From Heterodontus francisci (lineage: Eukaryota), in assembly GCF_036365525.1 (NCBI RefSeq), contig NC_090406.1, positions 32,479,520 through 32,543,519 of the forward strand: DNA of 64,000 bases. The letters run 5' to 3'. The position numbers were made by a program, and so were the translations under genes. Position 1 is the stretch's first letter. Each line of letters starts with the position of its first letter. Shown piece after piece: positions 50,133-63,935 of the stretch. The notes beneath the pieces are model-generated. The model saw only the letters and a list, made by a program, of their open reading frames with translations. It was not told the DNA's origin and did no database searches.

Positions 50133-51964
50133 GTGAGTGTGGCCTATTCACTTAAAAGGTGATTTGTTGCATACTGGAATCCTTAAAGTGTGTTTCAAAT
50201 ATATTCAACAGCTGTATAAAAATTCCCTGTAAGGAACTGCTTAGAATTGTTAATAAATCCAAATGCCAGAGGTAATCATTCGAGACTGCAGCAGATACTT
50301 TGTCATATTCTGGCATCAGTACAAGGGTCTCGAAAGTATCAGGACTGCAGTTCAGAGAAGCTCTGTGATTGTTTTGGTAAGTTTTATTCCCTGCCTCACC
50401 ACTCGAATTCTTGATGTGGCACAAATCCACAGGCTTGCGAGGTGCACTAATATCTCACCCAAGTGACCATTCTTCATGTGTGAGCTTAGGCAGCGCAAGC
50501 TGATAGGATATTCAGTTGTGGGAGGGGAGGAAGCGATGACAGCTGAAGCTCATTCTGTCCTCTCCCAAACGCTCCACATACAGATGCTTTACAGCACATA
50601 GCTAAGATGTTTCCACTTGTGGGGTGTCTAAAACCAGGGTGATAACTATAACGTCATCCAAAAAGGAATTCAAAAGAAGCTTCTTTACCCAGAGAGTGGT
50701 TAGTAAGAGGAACTTACTACCAATAGGAGTAGTTGAGGCGACTAGCAAAGATGCATTTAAGGGGAAGCTAAGCCTGCGTGACTAAGTTCTGCTATGGGTA
50801 CTGCAATTACTCAGAGTCAACAAGGAGTTGAGTAATTGAATCCATTGATTGTCAATACAATTACACAAGCTGTGAAGATAAGTTAAATCATTCTAAAGAT
50901 ATGGAGCATCAGATTAATGTATATTCAGACTTCCGCACAGCTGTGCCCTATGCCCTTCCCTTTGGAGGTTTAGTCACATTGTGCATAAAATATCAATTTG
51001 CTCACAATGAAATGCTTGTTTCTTATACCAGTGATGACAGGAAAAGCTTGTACATATGTTTAATCTGGAGAAGATGGGGTAGAAAGGACACTTGAAAATG
51101 TTGGCATAATTGGGGTTGTACACCTTTGATAAGATACAGGAAGACTTTGTATGCTTAATGTCAGATAATATATTTTGTGCTGATCCTTGATTTCTAAGCT
51201 GTGGACAGTTGCAGTGGCCATATTTGTATTTGTACAGCTTAGACCTCAGGGTTGTGCAGCATTGTGTTGTAAATGTAAAATTTCTTGTGAATTAGTGTAT
51301 TTATTAGCAAAGACATTTAAATGTGACTCTTAGATTTAGTTTATTTTCTGATGTTATAAGTGGAGAAAATCTTGCAGAACCAGGAGCATTATCATTCTAT
51401 TGTGGCTCATGATTTAAGACGATAAAATCTGCCACTTTTAACCTGTCCCACTGCTAGCTGCTCAGTGCCATTGCTGCTTTAACTGTTTACATGGATGATA
51501 TGTTTCTCTGCCCAATGTGGTTACCTGTCAGCCTATACACCTGGCACCAGAGGGAAACATTGTAAAAGGTGCCCCTCTGCTGTCAGCTCTACTTTTGCTA
51601 ATCTACAAAAACCAAAACCGGGAAGATATGATGGCAGATCAAAGTGCTAATTAAACATAATTCAATCTGGCAGGTAATCATTTCCGTCAGTCAACTTCAG
51701 TGGGGTGTGTTCCAGTTTCAGATGCTTCAGGGTGCATTTGAGAAGGGGTTTCTGACCTGAAATTTCAACACTAGTGTGGCTTCAGTCTGGCATTGGAGTT
51801 GCTGTTTCCGTTAGAACATGCAAAAGTCACCTTTGGGAATAAAACAACCAGACATTTTAAAAGAAGGAAAAAAGAATGGTCTGAAACTCTTGCTGCGAGG
51901 GAAGTGGAGAAAGGTGCATTGTGGGGGGAAAACACTTACATTTCTATAGTTCCTGGTCATGCTG

Positions 51965-52285
51965 TGTTAATATTTCTAAGCGTTTCACACAATGAATTAC
52001 TTTGAAGTGCAGTGACTGTTGGCATGTAGGCAAACAGAGTCATTCAGTGCCAACAATGCTCCACATGCAGCAACTGAAACAAAATTACCAGTTCTGTTTT
52101 TAGTCGTGTTAATTGAGGAAGGACTTGCTCTTCGAAGTGACATGGAGTCTTTTATATTCACCTGAACAATTTAGTGCCCCAACTGAAGGATTGCACCTCT
52201 GATATTGAAAGGTTCCTCCATTTTGCACTGGAGTGCCCATGTAGATTATGTACTCAAGTCCTGAAGTATACTTGAATTGCTGATG
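51965..52285 (-). mobile_element. Deu-domain SINE, decayed
   Basis: Antisense of GACTTGAGTACATAATCTA...CACTCCAGTGCA...CAGGTGAATATAAAAGACTCCATGTCAC. Confidence 0.65.
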
Positions 52286-52479
52286 AGACAATCTCTTCAC
52301 TTAAAACAATTTTTAAAAAAAATAAGCACTTTGATCTACCAATATATTATTAATCAATGTTTTTAAATTTTTAAGGTTGCCTATTTTTGTATTGGGTTTC
52401 ATATATAGGGAGGAGTTCTAGCAGAGAAGATTATACACTATATTGAATGTGGTTGCAAAGTGATGGTCTGAGATGTTTT

Positions 52480-54555
52480 ATAGAATCTAGAATAGTTACA
52501 GTACAGAAGGAGGCCTTTTGGCCTGTCAAGCCCATGCCAGCTGTCCAAGAGCAATTTAGCTAGTCCCATTCCCTGCCCTTTCCCCATAGCCCTGCAAATT
52601 CTTTTCCCTTCAGATGCCTATCCAATTCCCTTTTAAAAGCCACCCTTTCATGCAGTGTTTTCTGGATTGTAATCACTCACGGCATAAAATCGTTTTTCCT
52701 CATGTCACCTTTGATTCTTTTGACAACCACTTTTTAAATCTGTCCTTTGTTCTCGACCCTTCCACCAATGGAAAAAGTTTCTCTCTATTTACATCCCTTT
52801 TGATTTTGTGCATCTTTATCAAATCTCCTCTCAACCTTCTCTCCTCTATGGGAGACCAGCCGAACAGTCCCAGCTTCTCCAATCTGTCTATGCAACTGCG
52901 ATCCCTCATCCCTGCACCCTCTCTAAAACCTTTACATTATTTCTAAAGTGCGGTGCCCAGAATTGGACATGCTATTCCAGGTGAGGCTGTAATAATGTGT
53001 TATAAAGGTTCTTCATAACTTCCTTGCTTTTGTACTCTATGCCTCTATTAAACCCAGGATCCTGAATGCCTTTTTAACCACTTTCTCAAACTGCACTGCC
53101 ACCTTCAACAATTTGTGCACATATTCCCCCAGGTGTCTCTTTTGTATTGCCTGTCCTTGTTCTTCCTACCAAAATGTTTCACTTCGCAATTCTCTGCATT
53201 AAATTTCATCACCAGCCTGTCTATGTCCTCTTGACGTTTATCACTATCCTCCTCACAGTTCACAATATATCCAAGTTTTGTGTCATCTGCAAATGTTGAA
53301 ATCATGCCCAGTACACTGAAGTCTAAGTCATTAATTTATATTTATATATCTATATGTTCTGACCCCTGGGCAACACCACTGTATACCTTCCTCCAGTCCG
53401 GAAAACAAATATTCCCCCTACTCTCTCTTTCCTGTCACTCAACCAACTTTGTATCCGTGCTGCCGCTGTCCCTTTTATTCTATGGGCTTCAACATTGCTG
53501 GCAAATCTATTATGTGGCATTTTATCCAACACTTGTTGGAAGTCCATATACACTGCATCACTGTCATCAGCCCTCTCTGTTACCTCATCAAAAAACTCAA
53601 GGTAGTTAAATACAATTTGCCTTTAACAAATCCGTGCTGGCTTTCCTTTCTTAATCCACACTTGTCCAAGTGACTTTTAATTTTGTCCCAGGTTATTGTT
53701 TCTAAAAGCTTTCCCATCACCGAGGTTAAACTGACTGGCTTGTAGTTGCTGGATTTATCCTTATGCCCTTATTTTGAGCAAGGGTGTAACATTTGCAATT
53801 TTCTATTCCTTTGGCATTGCCCCCTATTTAAGGAGGATTGGAAGATGATGGCCAGTATCTCTGCAATTTCCACCCCAACCTCCCTCAGCATTGTCTGATG
53901 CATTCATCAGGTCCTGGTGACTTATCAACTTAAAGCACAGCCACCCTTTCTAGTATCTCCTCTATCGACTTTTAGCCGATCCAGTATCTCAACCACCTCC
54001 TCTTTCACTGACTTTGGCAGCAGCATCATCTTTGATAAAGACGATGCGAATACTCATTTAGTACCTCAGCCATGCCCTCTGCCTCCATGTGTAGGTCTCC
54101 TTTTTGGTCCCTAATCAGGGCTACCCCGCCTTACTACCTCATTACTATTTATATGCTTATAGAAGACTTTTGGATTCCCTTTCATGTTAGCTGTCTCTTT
54201 TCATATTTGCTCTTTGCCCCTCTTCTTTCACTTTTCACTTTCTCTCTGAACTTTTCATATTCAGCCTGGTTCTCACTTGTGTTATCAACCTGACATCTGT
54301 CCTACACACCCTTTTTCTGCTTCACCTTACTCTCTATCTCTTTTGTCATCCAGGGAGCTCTGACTTGGTTGCCCTACCTGCCCCCGCATGGGAATGTACC
54401 TCGACTGTACCCGAACCATATCCTTTTTAAAGGCAGCCCATTGTTCGATTACAGTTTTGTCTGCCAACCTTTGGTTCCAATTTACCCAGGACCAATCTGT
54501 TCTCAACCCACTAAAATTGGCTCTCCTCCACTTAAGTATTTTACTCTAGTTTGCT
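52480..54555 (-). mobile_element. CR1 ORF2 fragment, decayed
   Basis: ISTFADDTKLG, YMDFQQVLDKMPH, DRLEKLGLF on the minus strand. Confidence 0.88.
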
Positions 54556-54739
54556 AGATTTATTCGAGATTTTATTTGATAGTGAAGTGAGTACTGTAGC
54601 ACAATTTTGAGAGGGACAAGTGGAAATCAGAATTTTACAAATACTTGCATGATTGCCTTCAAAAAAAGGTCCAGTGAAGCCAAATTATTTAATTAATCAA
54701 ACAAATATTAATCTGTTCAGTTTCAGATAGGTATGTGTG

Positions 54740-55100
54740 CAGAGAGATAGAGAGAGCCAGAACCAGATCTGCACAAGAATAGAAAGAGAATGAATCACAA
54801 GCATACACAAGGGGAGAGAGAGCAAGAACCACGACAGAGGGAGAGATTGTCTCTAGAAAGAATGAATCACATACTGGTTCAGAGAGACAGGTAATAGAGC
54901 ACCACAGTAGTAGAGGTGGGAGAAAGCCACAAATACAGAAAAGGAAGGAAAGAGAGCCATGAACTTACACAGGAACAGAGAGAGAGAAAATAAATCACGG
55001 ATGCACACAAGGACAGAGAGAGAGAGAGACAGATGATTAAGTACTACAGATGCATGGCAGGCAGAGAAACATTCATTCACAGAGAGGGAGAAAATTCACA
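54740..55100. repeat. GA-rich low-complexity tract
   Basis: Degenerate (GA)n/(GACA)n. Confidence 0.7.
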
Positions 55101-55689
55101 GATACAAATGAGGATGTAGAAAATGACTGAAATTACTCAATCTCCATCAAGGATGAGCATATCACATGAATGAGTCATGTGCAGAGGTTGAAATAAAAGG
55201 TTGAAAGGAATCCTTTTGCTCCAGAGCTTCAGGATTTAGTTGTATCGATTATCTGATGCTTCCTTTGATGAATTCAAAGAATCTTCGAAGTTTTTTAGCT
55301 CAGTTTCTGTTAAACATTAGATTTCTAGAGTCAACTGACTGAACTTACAAAGAAACAGTCAATAGGTTTTTAAAAATTATATGAAGAGTAGTAGTGCTGG
55401 ATGAAATAAAAGCATAAAATGCTGCAAATACACAGCAAGTGAATTGGAATCTGATAGAAAATCAGGTTAACATATTGAACACTTCAACAGAGCTGGAAGC
55501 TATGTCAGTTCCTTTATTAAGACGGAATAAAATAAAGAAGGGATGAAAGAACAGCAGGTAAAGGTACAGAGCCAGGGTCACTAAGTACTATCACCTTGGG
55601 GGATTCTAGAGGTAACTGTACAGGAGTAGGAAGAGAAGCCATTATGGGTGATTCTAACTACAAGTAAAAATGCAACTGGGTGAGGGCAA

Positions 55690-56830
55690 CCTTATGCAGC
55701 TAGCTGATAGAGTGAAGGATGATGGTGTGGTCAACCATGTCAAAGGATGAGGAGGGACAGTTTGTCACAGTCACATAGGATGTCATTTGTTGCTTTGATA
55801 AGAACTGTTTCAGTATTGTGGCAGGAGTGGAAACCTGATTGGAAGAATTCACATATGGTTTGTGGTAAAGATGGGCATGGATTTAGGAGGTGACAGTGCA
55901 TTCAAGGATTTTGGAGAGGAAAGGGAAATGGGGCAATAGTTTGAAAGGACTGAGGTGTTAAGGGTGTTTTTTTTTGAGGGGGGTGCAATGACAACAGATT
56001 TAAAGAGAAGGGGAGCAACACCTGAGGAGATAGAACCATTAATATCAGCAGATATAGGAGACAGGAAGGCAAATTGCATGGTCAACATTTTGGTGAGAAT
56101 AGGGTCAAGGCATTCGGAGTTGGGTCTGTTAGAGTTGGCAGGGGCATGAGGGGAGATAGGAGAGAAACTGGAGATGCAAATTCAGGGCTAGGGGAAGTTA
56201 GGAGCAGTGGGTTAGGGAACCAAATAGCAGAGGTGGCTGAACGGATGGTCTCAGTCTTGCAGACAAAGAAATCCATAAACTTGTCACACTTGTTCTTAGA
56301 GATGAGGATGGTGGAGGTGGGGAGAGGGAGTTAAGACAGTTTATAGTGCAGAAAAGAAGCTCGGGTTATTTTCGCATTCCAGGATTATCTAGGAATCGTG
56401 GGCAGTTTTGGCAGAGGAGAGCAAGACCTGATGGAGCTTTATGTGGTTCTGGCAATGATTGCCTAAACGAAATGTCCGGCATAAACATCAAGACAGCATC
56501 CCTTGGACGCAAGGCCATGAAGATGACGGCTGTACCAGGCAACAACCAGGGTGTAAGAGAGTATTGGTTTTAATGGGAACAAAGGAATTAAAGGTGGAGG
56601 GTGTGATGAGTAGATCAGTGGCTGCAAAAATGTCATGGTGAATGAAGGGACAAAGGCTGGACTGTTGGGTATTTGAAATTGTGACTGTCAATAATGATGG
56701 GTGATATACCAGCAGCATCTTTGGGCAGTGAAAATGGACAGGAAAGACAAAATGGTGTGTAGGAAAGAGAATAAAGTTGAGGATGGATAGGAGAAACGGA
56801 GGGAAATGTGGGAGGCCGAAATGGTCAGAG
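55690..56830 (-). mobile_element. L2-clade LINE internal fragment
   Basis: ADINGSISSGVAPLLFKSVVIAPPSKKNTLNTSVLSNYCPIS, MDFFVCKTETIR, PGCCLVQPSS (endonuclease-to-RT region). Confidence 0.75.
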
Positions 56831-57079
56831 TTTATTAACATCTGTGTTCAGACCAGGCAACTGCAAGAGGAAGATGAGGAAGTGTTTGTAGAATGGCAAT
56901 TTTCATGTTCTTTTTACAACCTAACATTCTGGAGCTGGTGCTCAAGGTGCATCATCCTCTATATTTGGGGCGATGAAATTCAGATTGGGGGATTGCTTTG
57001 CCAAATGTTTCCATTCTGTCTTTAAGGTTGTAACTTCAACTCCCACTACTGTTCACCTTTCTGTCTCCGGTTTTGTGTT

Positions 57080-57291
57080 GTTTATGTTTATGTTTAGAGA
57101 TACAGCACTGAAACAGGCCCTTCGGCCCACCGAGTCTGTGCCGACCATCAACCACCCATTTATACTAATCCTACACTAATTCCATATTCCTACCACATCC
57201 CCACCTGTCCCTATATTTCCCTACCACCTACCTATACTAGGGGCAATTGCTAATGGCCAATTTACCTATCAACCTACAAGTCTTTGGCTTG
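57080..57291 (-). mobile_element. 5'-truncated HE1-type SINE
   Basis: 3' half only, matching the other copies. Confidence 0.9.
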
Positions 57292-58204
57292 TGTTGCTTT
57301 AACAAAGCTTGACAAACATTTCAGGAACAACATTTCCTCTTCCTCTTGGGCCCTAGTTAGGCTATTGACTTTAGTAACTTCAGATCTTAGTTGTCTCTTT
57401 CATTTTCCTCTCCATTTCTTCTTTTATTTTCCAATGTATTCTCTTCTGTTTGGAACTGTTTTCCCCTATTTGTCTTTCTAATCTCTTTGATTGCCTGACT
57501 GAATAGATCTTTGTATTATCACTCAGCATTACTAGGCTTTACAACTTTATTTTAAAAGAGTACTGTTTTTTTGTCATTATATTCAGTAGACGTTTTGGGT
57601 TACCAGTTGTGCTCATCCATCTTTTTCTTTTTTCAGTCCTGTAAAAGGACTCTCTTATCTTCTAGTTTTCGGTTCTAACTGAATCGCTTTCACAAGATAA
57701 ATATAGATGAGGGCGACCAATCGGCCCATCTCAACTATCTGTCCTGAACGGCCGTAAAGCTCCCTATTGAGTTATCCCGTTGGATCCTTAATGATTTCAG
57801 GTATTTCACTTCCACTGTTCTGACTGAGAGTTTGTTCCATATACTGATTACTCTCTGAAGAATTGATATCGGTCCTAAATTGTATGTATATTAGTTTGGG
57901 ACTGTGACCCATTGTTCTGCACTCTCAGTTCAGTTTAAAGTAATTTTCTGAATTAATCTCTTCACCATTTACAATCTTTATACATCTATCTCCTTTGCGG
58001 CTGTCTTCTTTCAAGGCTGAAGAGCCCAGATTTCACTGGTCTTTCCTCATAACAGAATTCTAAAACGGATGTTTGCCTCATGCTTCTGGTGCTTGTGTCT
58101 TAGTGACCAGAACTGGGCACTACGCTCAGGTGCAGTTTGACCAGAACTCCATACAGTTTGATCATCACTTCCTCTGAGCTGCATTCTACTAGTTTGCCTG
58201 TTTG

Positions 58205-60330
58205 TTTGATGACATTTGATATGTGGGAGGCTTTTAAAGAGAGGTTGATTAGCGTGCAGGAGAGACATGTTCCTGTGAAAATGAGGGATAGCAATGGCAA
58301 GATTAGGGAACCATGGATGACAGGTGAAATTGTGAGACTAGCTAAGAGGAAAAAGGAAGCATACATAAGGTCTAGAAGGCTGAAGAAAGACGAAGCTTTG
58401 AAAGAATATCGGGAATGTAGGACCAATCTGAAACGAGGAATTAAGAGGGCTAAAAGGGGTCATGAAATATCTTTAGCAAACAGGTTTAAGGAAAATCCCA
58501 AAGCCTTTTATTCATATATAAGGAGCAAGAGGGTAACTAGAGAAAGGATTGGCCCACTCAAGGACAAAGGAGGAAAGTTATGCGTGGAGTCAGAGAAAAT
58601 GGGTGAGATTTTAAACGAGTACTTTGCATCGGTATTCACTGAGGAGAGGGACATGACGGATGTTGAGGTTAGGGACAGATGTTTGATTACTCTAGGTCAA
58701 GTCCGCATAAGGAGGGAGGAAGTGTTGGGTATTCTAAAAGGCATTAAGGTGGACAAGTCCCCAGGTCTGGATGGGATCTATCCCAGGTTACTGAGGGAAG
58801 CGAGAGAGGAAATAGCTGGGGCCTTAACAGATATCTTTGCAGCATCCTTAAACACGGGTGAGGTCCCGGAGGACTGGAGAATTGCTAATGTTGTCCCCTT
58901 GTTTAAGAAGGGTAGCAGGGAAAATCCTGGTAATTATAGACCGGTGAGCCTGACGTCAGTGGTAGGGAAGCTGCTGGAGAAGATACTGAGGGATAGGATC
59001 TATTCCCATTTGGAAGAAAATGAGCTTATCAGTGATGGGCAACATGGTTTTGTGCAGGGAAGGTCATGTCTTACCAACTTAATAGAATTCTTTGAGGAAG
59101 TGACAAAGTTGATTGATGAGGGAAGGGCTGTAGATGTCATATACATGGACTTCAGTAAGGCGTTTGATAAGGTTCCCCATGGTAGGCTGATGGAGAAAGT
59201 GAAGTCGCATGGGGTCCAGGGTGTACTAGCTAGATGGATAAAGAACTGGCTGGGCAACAGGAGACCGAGAGCAGTAGTGGAAGGGAGTTTCTCAAAATGG
59301 AGACATGTGACCAGTGGTGTTCCACAGGGATCCGTGCTGGGACCACTGTTTGTGATGTACATAAATGATTTGGAGGAAAGTATAGGTGGTCTGATTAGCA
59401 AGTTTGCAGATGACACTAAGATTGGTGGAGTAGCAGATAGTGAAGGGGACTGTCAGAGAATACAGCAGAATATAGATAGATTGGAGAGTTGGGCAGAGAA
59501 ATGGCAGATGGAGTTCAATCAGGGCAAATGCGAGGTGATGCATTTTGGAAGATCCAATTCAAGAGTGAACTATACAGTAAATGGAAAAGTCCTGGGGAAA
59601 ATTGATGTACAGAGAGATTTGGGTGTTCAGGTCCATTGTTCCCTGAAGGTTGCAACGCAGGTCAATAGAGTGGTCAAGAAGGCATACGGCATGCTTTCCT
59701 TCATCGGACGGGGCATTGAGTACAAGGGTTGGAAGGTCATGTTACAGTTGTATAAGACTTTGGTTCGGCCACATTTGGAATACTGCGTGCAGTTCTGGTC
59801 GCCACATTACCAAAAGGATGTAGATGCTTTGGAGAGGGTGCAGAGGAGGTTCACCAGGATGTTGCCTGGTATGGAGGGCGCTAGCTATGAGGAGAGGTTG
59901 AGTAGATTAGGATTATTTTCATTAGAAAGACGGAGGTTGAGGGGAGACCTGATTGAGGTGTACAAAATCATGAGAGGTATAGACAGGGTGGATAGCAAGA
60001 AGCTTTTTCCCAGAGTGGGGGATTCAATTACGAGGGGTCACGAGTTCAAAGTGAGAGGGGAAAAGTTTAGGGGGGATATGCGTGGAAAGGTCTTTACGCA
60101 GAGGGTGGTGGGTGCCTGGAATGCGTTGCCAGCGGAGGTGGTAGATGCAGGCACGATAGCGTCTTTTAAGATGTATCTAGACAGGTACATGAATGGGCAA
60201 GAAGCAAAGAGATACAGACCCTTAGAAAAGAGGCGACATGTTTAGGTAGAGGATCTGGATCGGCGCAGGCTTGGAGGACCGAAGGGCCTGTTCCTGTGCT
60301 GTAATTTTCTTTGTTCTTCTTTGTTCTTCG
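58205..60330 (+). mobile_element. Young 5'-truncated CR1 (HER1-like) with open RT frame
   Basis: ORF 58137-60245 has GNYRPVSLTSVVGKLLE, YMDFSKAFDKVPH, GVPQGSVLGP, SKFADDTK and no stops. Endonuclease absent. (TTGTTC)n tail. Sits inside an older minus-strand CR1 (~57700-58200, ~60745-61900). Confidence 0.96.
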
Positions 60331-60385
60331 CTCTATGTTGATTGGACATTTTGAATGGCAAGTTTGCTAAGACTGCTATATATTA

Positions 60386-60737
60386 GGGCGGCACAGTGGC
60401 GCAGTGGTTAGCACCGCAGCCTCACAGCTCCAGGGACCCGGGTTCGATTCCGGGTACTGCCTGTGTGGAGTTTGCAAGTTCTCCCTGTGTCTGCGTGGGT
60501 TTTCTCCGGGTGCTCCGGTTTCCTCCCACAAGCCAAAAGACTTGCAGGTTGATAGGTAAATTGGCCATTATAAATTGTCACTAGTATAGGTAGGTGGTAG
60601 GGAAATATAGGGACAGGTGGAGATGTTTGGTAGGAATATGGGATTAGTGTAGGATTAGTATAAATGGGTGGTTGATGTTCGGCACAGACTCGGTGGGCCG
60701 AAGGGCCTGTTTCAGTGCTGTATCTCTAATCTAATCT
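60386..60737 (+). mobile_element. HE1-type V-SINE (young)
   Basis: Intact A box TGGCGCAGTGG, B box GGTTCGATTCC, V-domain, (TCTAA)n tail. Confidence 0.93.
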
Positions 60738-62307
60738 ATCTCTTTCAGATTCATCTGTGGCTATTTAAACCATTTGTGAAGTATGTGTGTTTCCCATTTT
60801 TCCTTCCTGTGAATAATACTTTTATCTGTGTTAAAGTTCTGCTGCTATTTTGCCCAATTTCATATTTTGTCCAGCTCATCCTGTAATTTTGAAACTGCCT
60901 TCTCTGATTCCACTGGACTTCCTAGTTTAACACTGCATGCAAATTAGACCAATTTACATTAGGTTTCTGCATCTAAGTCATTGATGTAAAATAGAAATCG
61001 TAAGGATCCCAAAACTGATTCCTAGGCTACCCTAAACAGAACTTCCCCACCAGACATTAATTCCTGTAATAAGTACGATTGTTTTCTGTCATTCTCGGGG
61101 TTTGCTCTGAATCCCTACAGTGGGACTTTGTCAGACGCCTCAGAATGAGGCGGTACAGAATGCTGTAGGTCCTTTTGTGATGGTATTTCCTCAAATATGT
61201 CAAGGAGGTTTGTCGACCATGATCTCCCCCTTCTGAACCCATAGTAGGCTACTATTCTATAGATACACCTCATGCTTCTGATGATTGCACATGAGAGTAA
61301 TAGTTCTGTAGTTGGCTGAATCTGATTTCTACCCTCTTTGAATATGTGCATCACAATGGTACCTCCCCAATGTCCCATGACTCCCTCACATGGATTTTCA
61401 ATGTCTCATTAACCTCCTCCCTAATTTCCTTTTTGGACTTTGGGATAAATATTATCTATCCCTGGATTTATTTATTTTTTAGCACTTTTAGTCTTTCCAG
61501 GACTTCCATCTAAATTTTCTACGAAAGTTATTAATTTTGCTTCAGGAAGGCATATTGGTCGTGGTTTCTCTTGTAAATACTTGGAAGAAGTAATCATTCA
61601 GGATGTTGTATCCCTGTTCACTCTCTGCTTCAAGCCCATTTTTCATCTTTTATAGTTTTCACATCTGACTCTCTTACTACTGAAATGCTGAGAGTATTTT
61701 TAGTTGTTATATTTTGTATCTGTAGTTATGTTGTTGGTCAGGGTCTCCCTTGTCCTTTGATCACCTTCATAACTTGATGCTGGTAGACGTTCTCTTTCCT
61801 GTATTTTCTGTTATCAGTTAGCTCTTCAAAATTCAACCAGAGTATCCCCACACACAATTCTGCAAATGTGTCCCGTTTTTGAATGAAGTTGAACAATATT
61901 GATGACTTTTAAATGCCTTAAAATTACAATCGATCCAAAATCAAATAGAATTAATCTGTTTTGTTACCAAACTTGTCCAAATACAAATAGTGAGAAATTG
62001 CCCTGGAGTCTTGTGCAAGTTGCCCTACAAATTTTGAATGATGGCACAGGTCTTCTGAAATCAATTTCATCATTGCTGTTTTATATGCTTTGTCAGTAAT
62101 GTTTTCCCCAAATTCTTTACCATCCTAGCAGCTGGTAGAACTAATGGTTGAGATTAGAGACCTTTTGCACTAGACCTAGAAGGTCCAGATCCTGCTAGAG
62201 ATCCTAGAGGAAAATTAATCTGCAGAGACCATATCATGGCTAACTATCATAACAGTTTATCCTTTAAACCACTGAGCTTCCAAAGGCACAAACAAACTTT
62301 TCAACAC

Positions 62308-63935
62308 TTTTTTTCCCCCCAAAAAAATATACTTTATTCATAAAAATCTGTTTTTAAAAAAAAAAGTACATTACAAAACAGTTCAAAACAGCACCAAGTT
62401 GACATTCCAAAAAGTGCAAAGGAAATCAGTTTTCTTCAATATAGGTGTGAGTTGCCTCACAACCCTTCCATTCCATTTTACATTCAATGTACATTTTACA
62501 GCTAAACCATATTGTGTGTATACAGCCTGAGGGGTTTTCCATGGATCCAGCCCCTCAGTTTGCTATGGCTGGAGGACCTTACACAGTGGTCTATCCCCAT
62601 TGAGCCAAGCTTTAGTGCATCCCTCGGCACGTAGTCCTGGACCTTGGAATGTGCCAGTCTGCAGCACCCGGTCGTGGACAACTCTTTGCGCTGGAAGACC
62701 AGCAAGTGTTGGGCAAACCAGAGAGTGTCTTTCACCAAATTGATAGTCCTCCAGCAGCAGTTGATGTTTATCTCGGTGTGCGTCCCTGGGAACAGCCCGT
62801 AGAGCACAGACTCCTGTGTTACAAAGCTGCTTGGGATGAACCTCGACAAAAACCACTGCATCTCTTTCCACACCTGCTTTGCAAAGGCACATTCCAGAAG
62901 GGGATGGGCAACAGTCTCTTCCCCACCACAGCCACCTCGAGGGCAGCGTGCAGAGCGGGTGTGCAGGAAGGATCGGATGGGGAGGGCCCTTCTCACTACC
63001 AGCCAAGCTAAATCTTGGTGCTTGTTTGAAAGTTCTGTTGATGAGGCATATTGCCAAATGACTTTGGCAGTCTGCTCGGGGAACAATCCGACAAGATCCA
63101 CCATCTCCCTATCCCATAGGGCCTTGAAGACATTCCCTGCAGACCACTGCCTGATGGATGGTGATCAAAGGTGTTTTTCCACACAAACTTTTCCACGAAG
63201 GATAGGTGGTATGGCATGGTCCAACTGGATGGAGCGTTCCGCGGCAATATGGCCAGATCCATCCTTCGGAACACTGGGTCAGATAGAACCTCAGCATGTA
63301 GTGACACTTGGTCTTTGCATACTGGGGCTCTACACACAGCTTGATGCAGCTGCACACGAAGGTGGTCATCAGGATGAGGGCGACGTTGGGTACGTTTTTT
63401 CCGCCCTTATTCAGAGGTTTGAACATTGTGTCCCTCCGGACACTGTCCATTTTGCATCTCCAGATAAAGTGGGAAATGGCTCGGGTGACTGCCACAGCGC
63501 AGGAGTGGGGTATGGGCCACAACTTCGTCGCATAGAGCAACAACGTGAACGCCTTGCTCCTGATGACCAGGTTCTTACCCACAATGGAGAGAGATCGCTG
63601 CTCCCACATGCTTAGTTTATGGTGTACCCTGGCTACGCGCTCCTTCCAGGTTTTGGCGCACGCCCCGGCCTTCCGAGCCATATCCCCAGCACCTTCAGGT
63701 AGTCTGACCTGACGGTGAATGGGACAAAGGATTGGTCGGCCCAGTTCCCAAAGAACATGGCCTCGCTCTTGCCGCGGTTTACTTTGGCCCCCGACGCCAA
63801 TTTGAACTGGTTGCAGATGCTCATCAGTCTGCGAACGGACATTGGGTCCGAGCTGAAGACAGCAACGTCGTCCATGTACAGGGAGGCTTTGACCTGAGTG
63901 CCACCGCTGCCTGGGATTGTCACTCCTCTAATACA
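62308..63935 (-). mobile_element. Tx1/L1-clade LINE, 5'-truncated and frameshifted
   Basis: TIPGSGGTQVKASLYMDDVAVF (RT), WEQRSLSIVGKNLVI, C-terminal zinc motif CPRGGCGGEETVAHPLLEC, AATAAA and A-tail at ~62310-62340 on the minus strand. Confidence 0.92.

Noticed and set aside
57637-57680. Strong acceptor as candidate next WDR18 exon
   Set aside because: The phase-0 frame hits a stop after 13 codons and lacks the expected ...VFKGHR motif.
58137-60245. 702-aa ORF as a host gene
   Set aside because: It is CR1 ORF2; its start codon lies in unrelated flanking sequence.
60386-60460. tRNA gene (A and B boxes)
   Set aside because: This is a SINE head continuing into V-domain and LINE-like tail; the same applies to the other copies.
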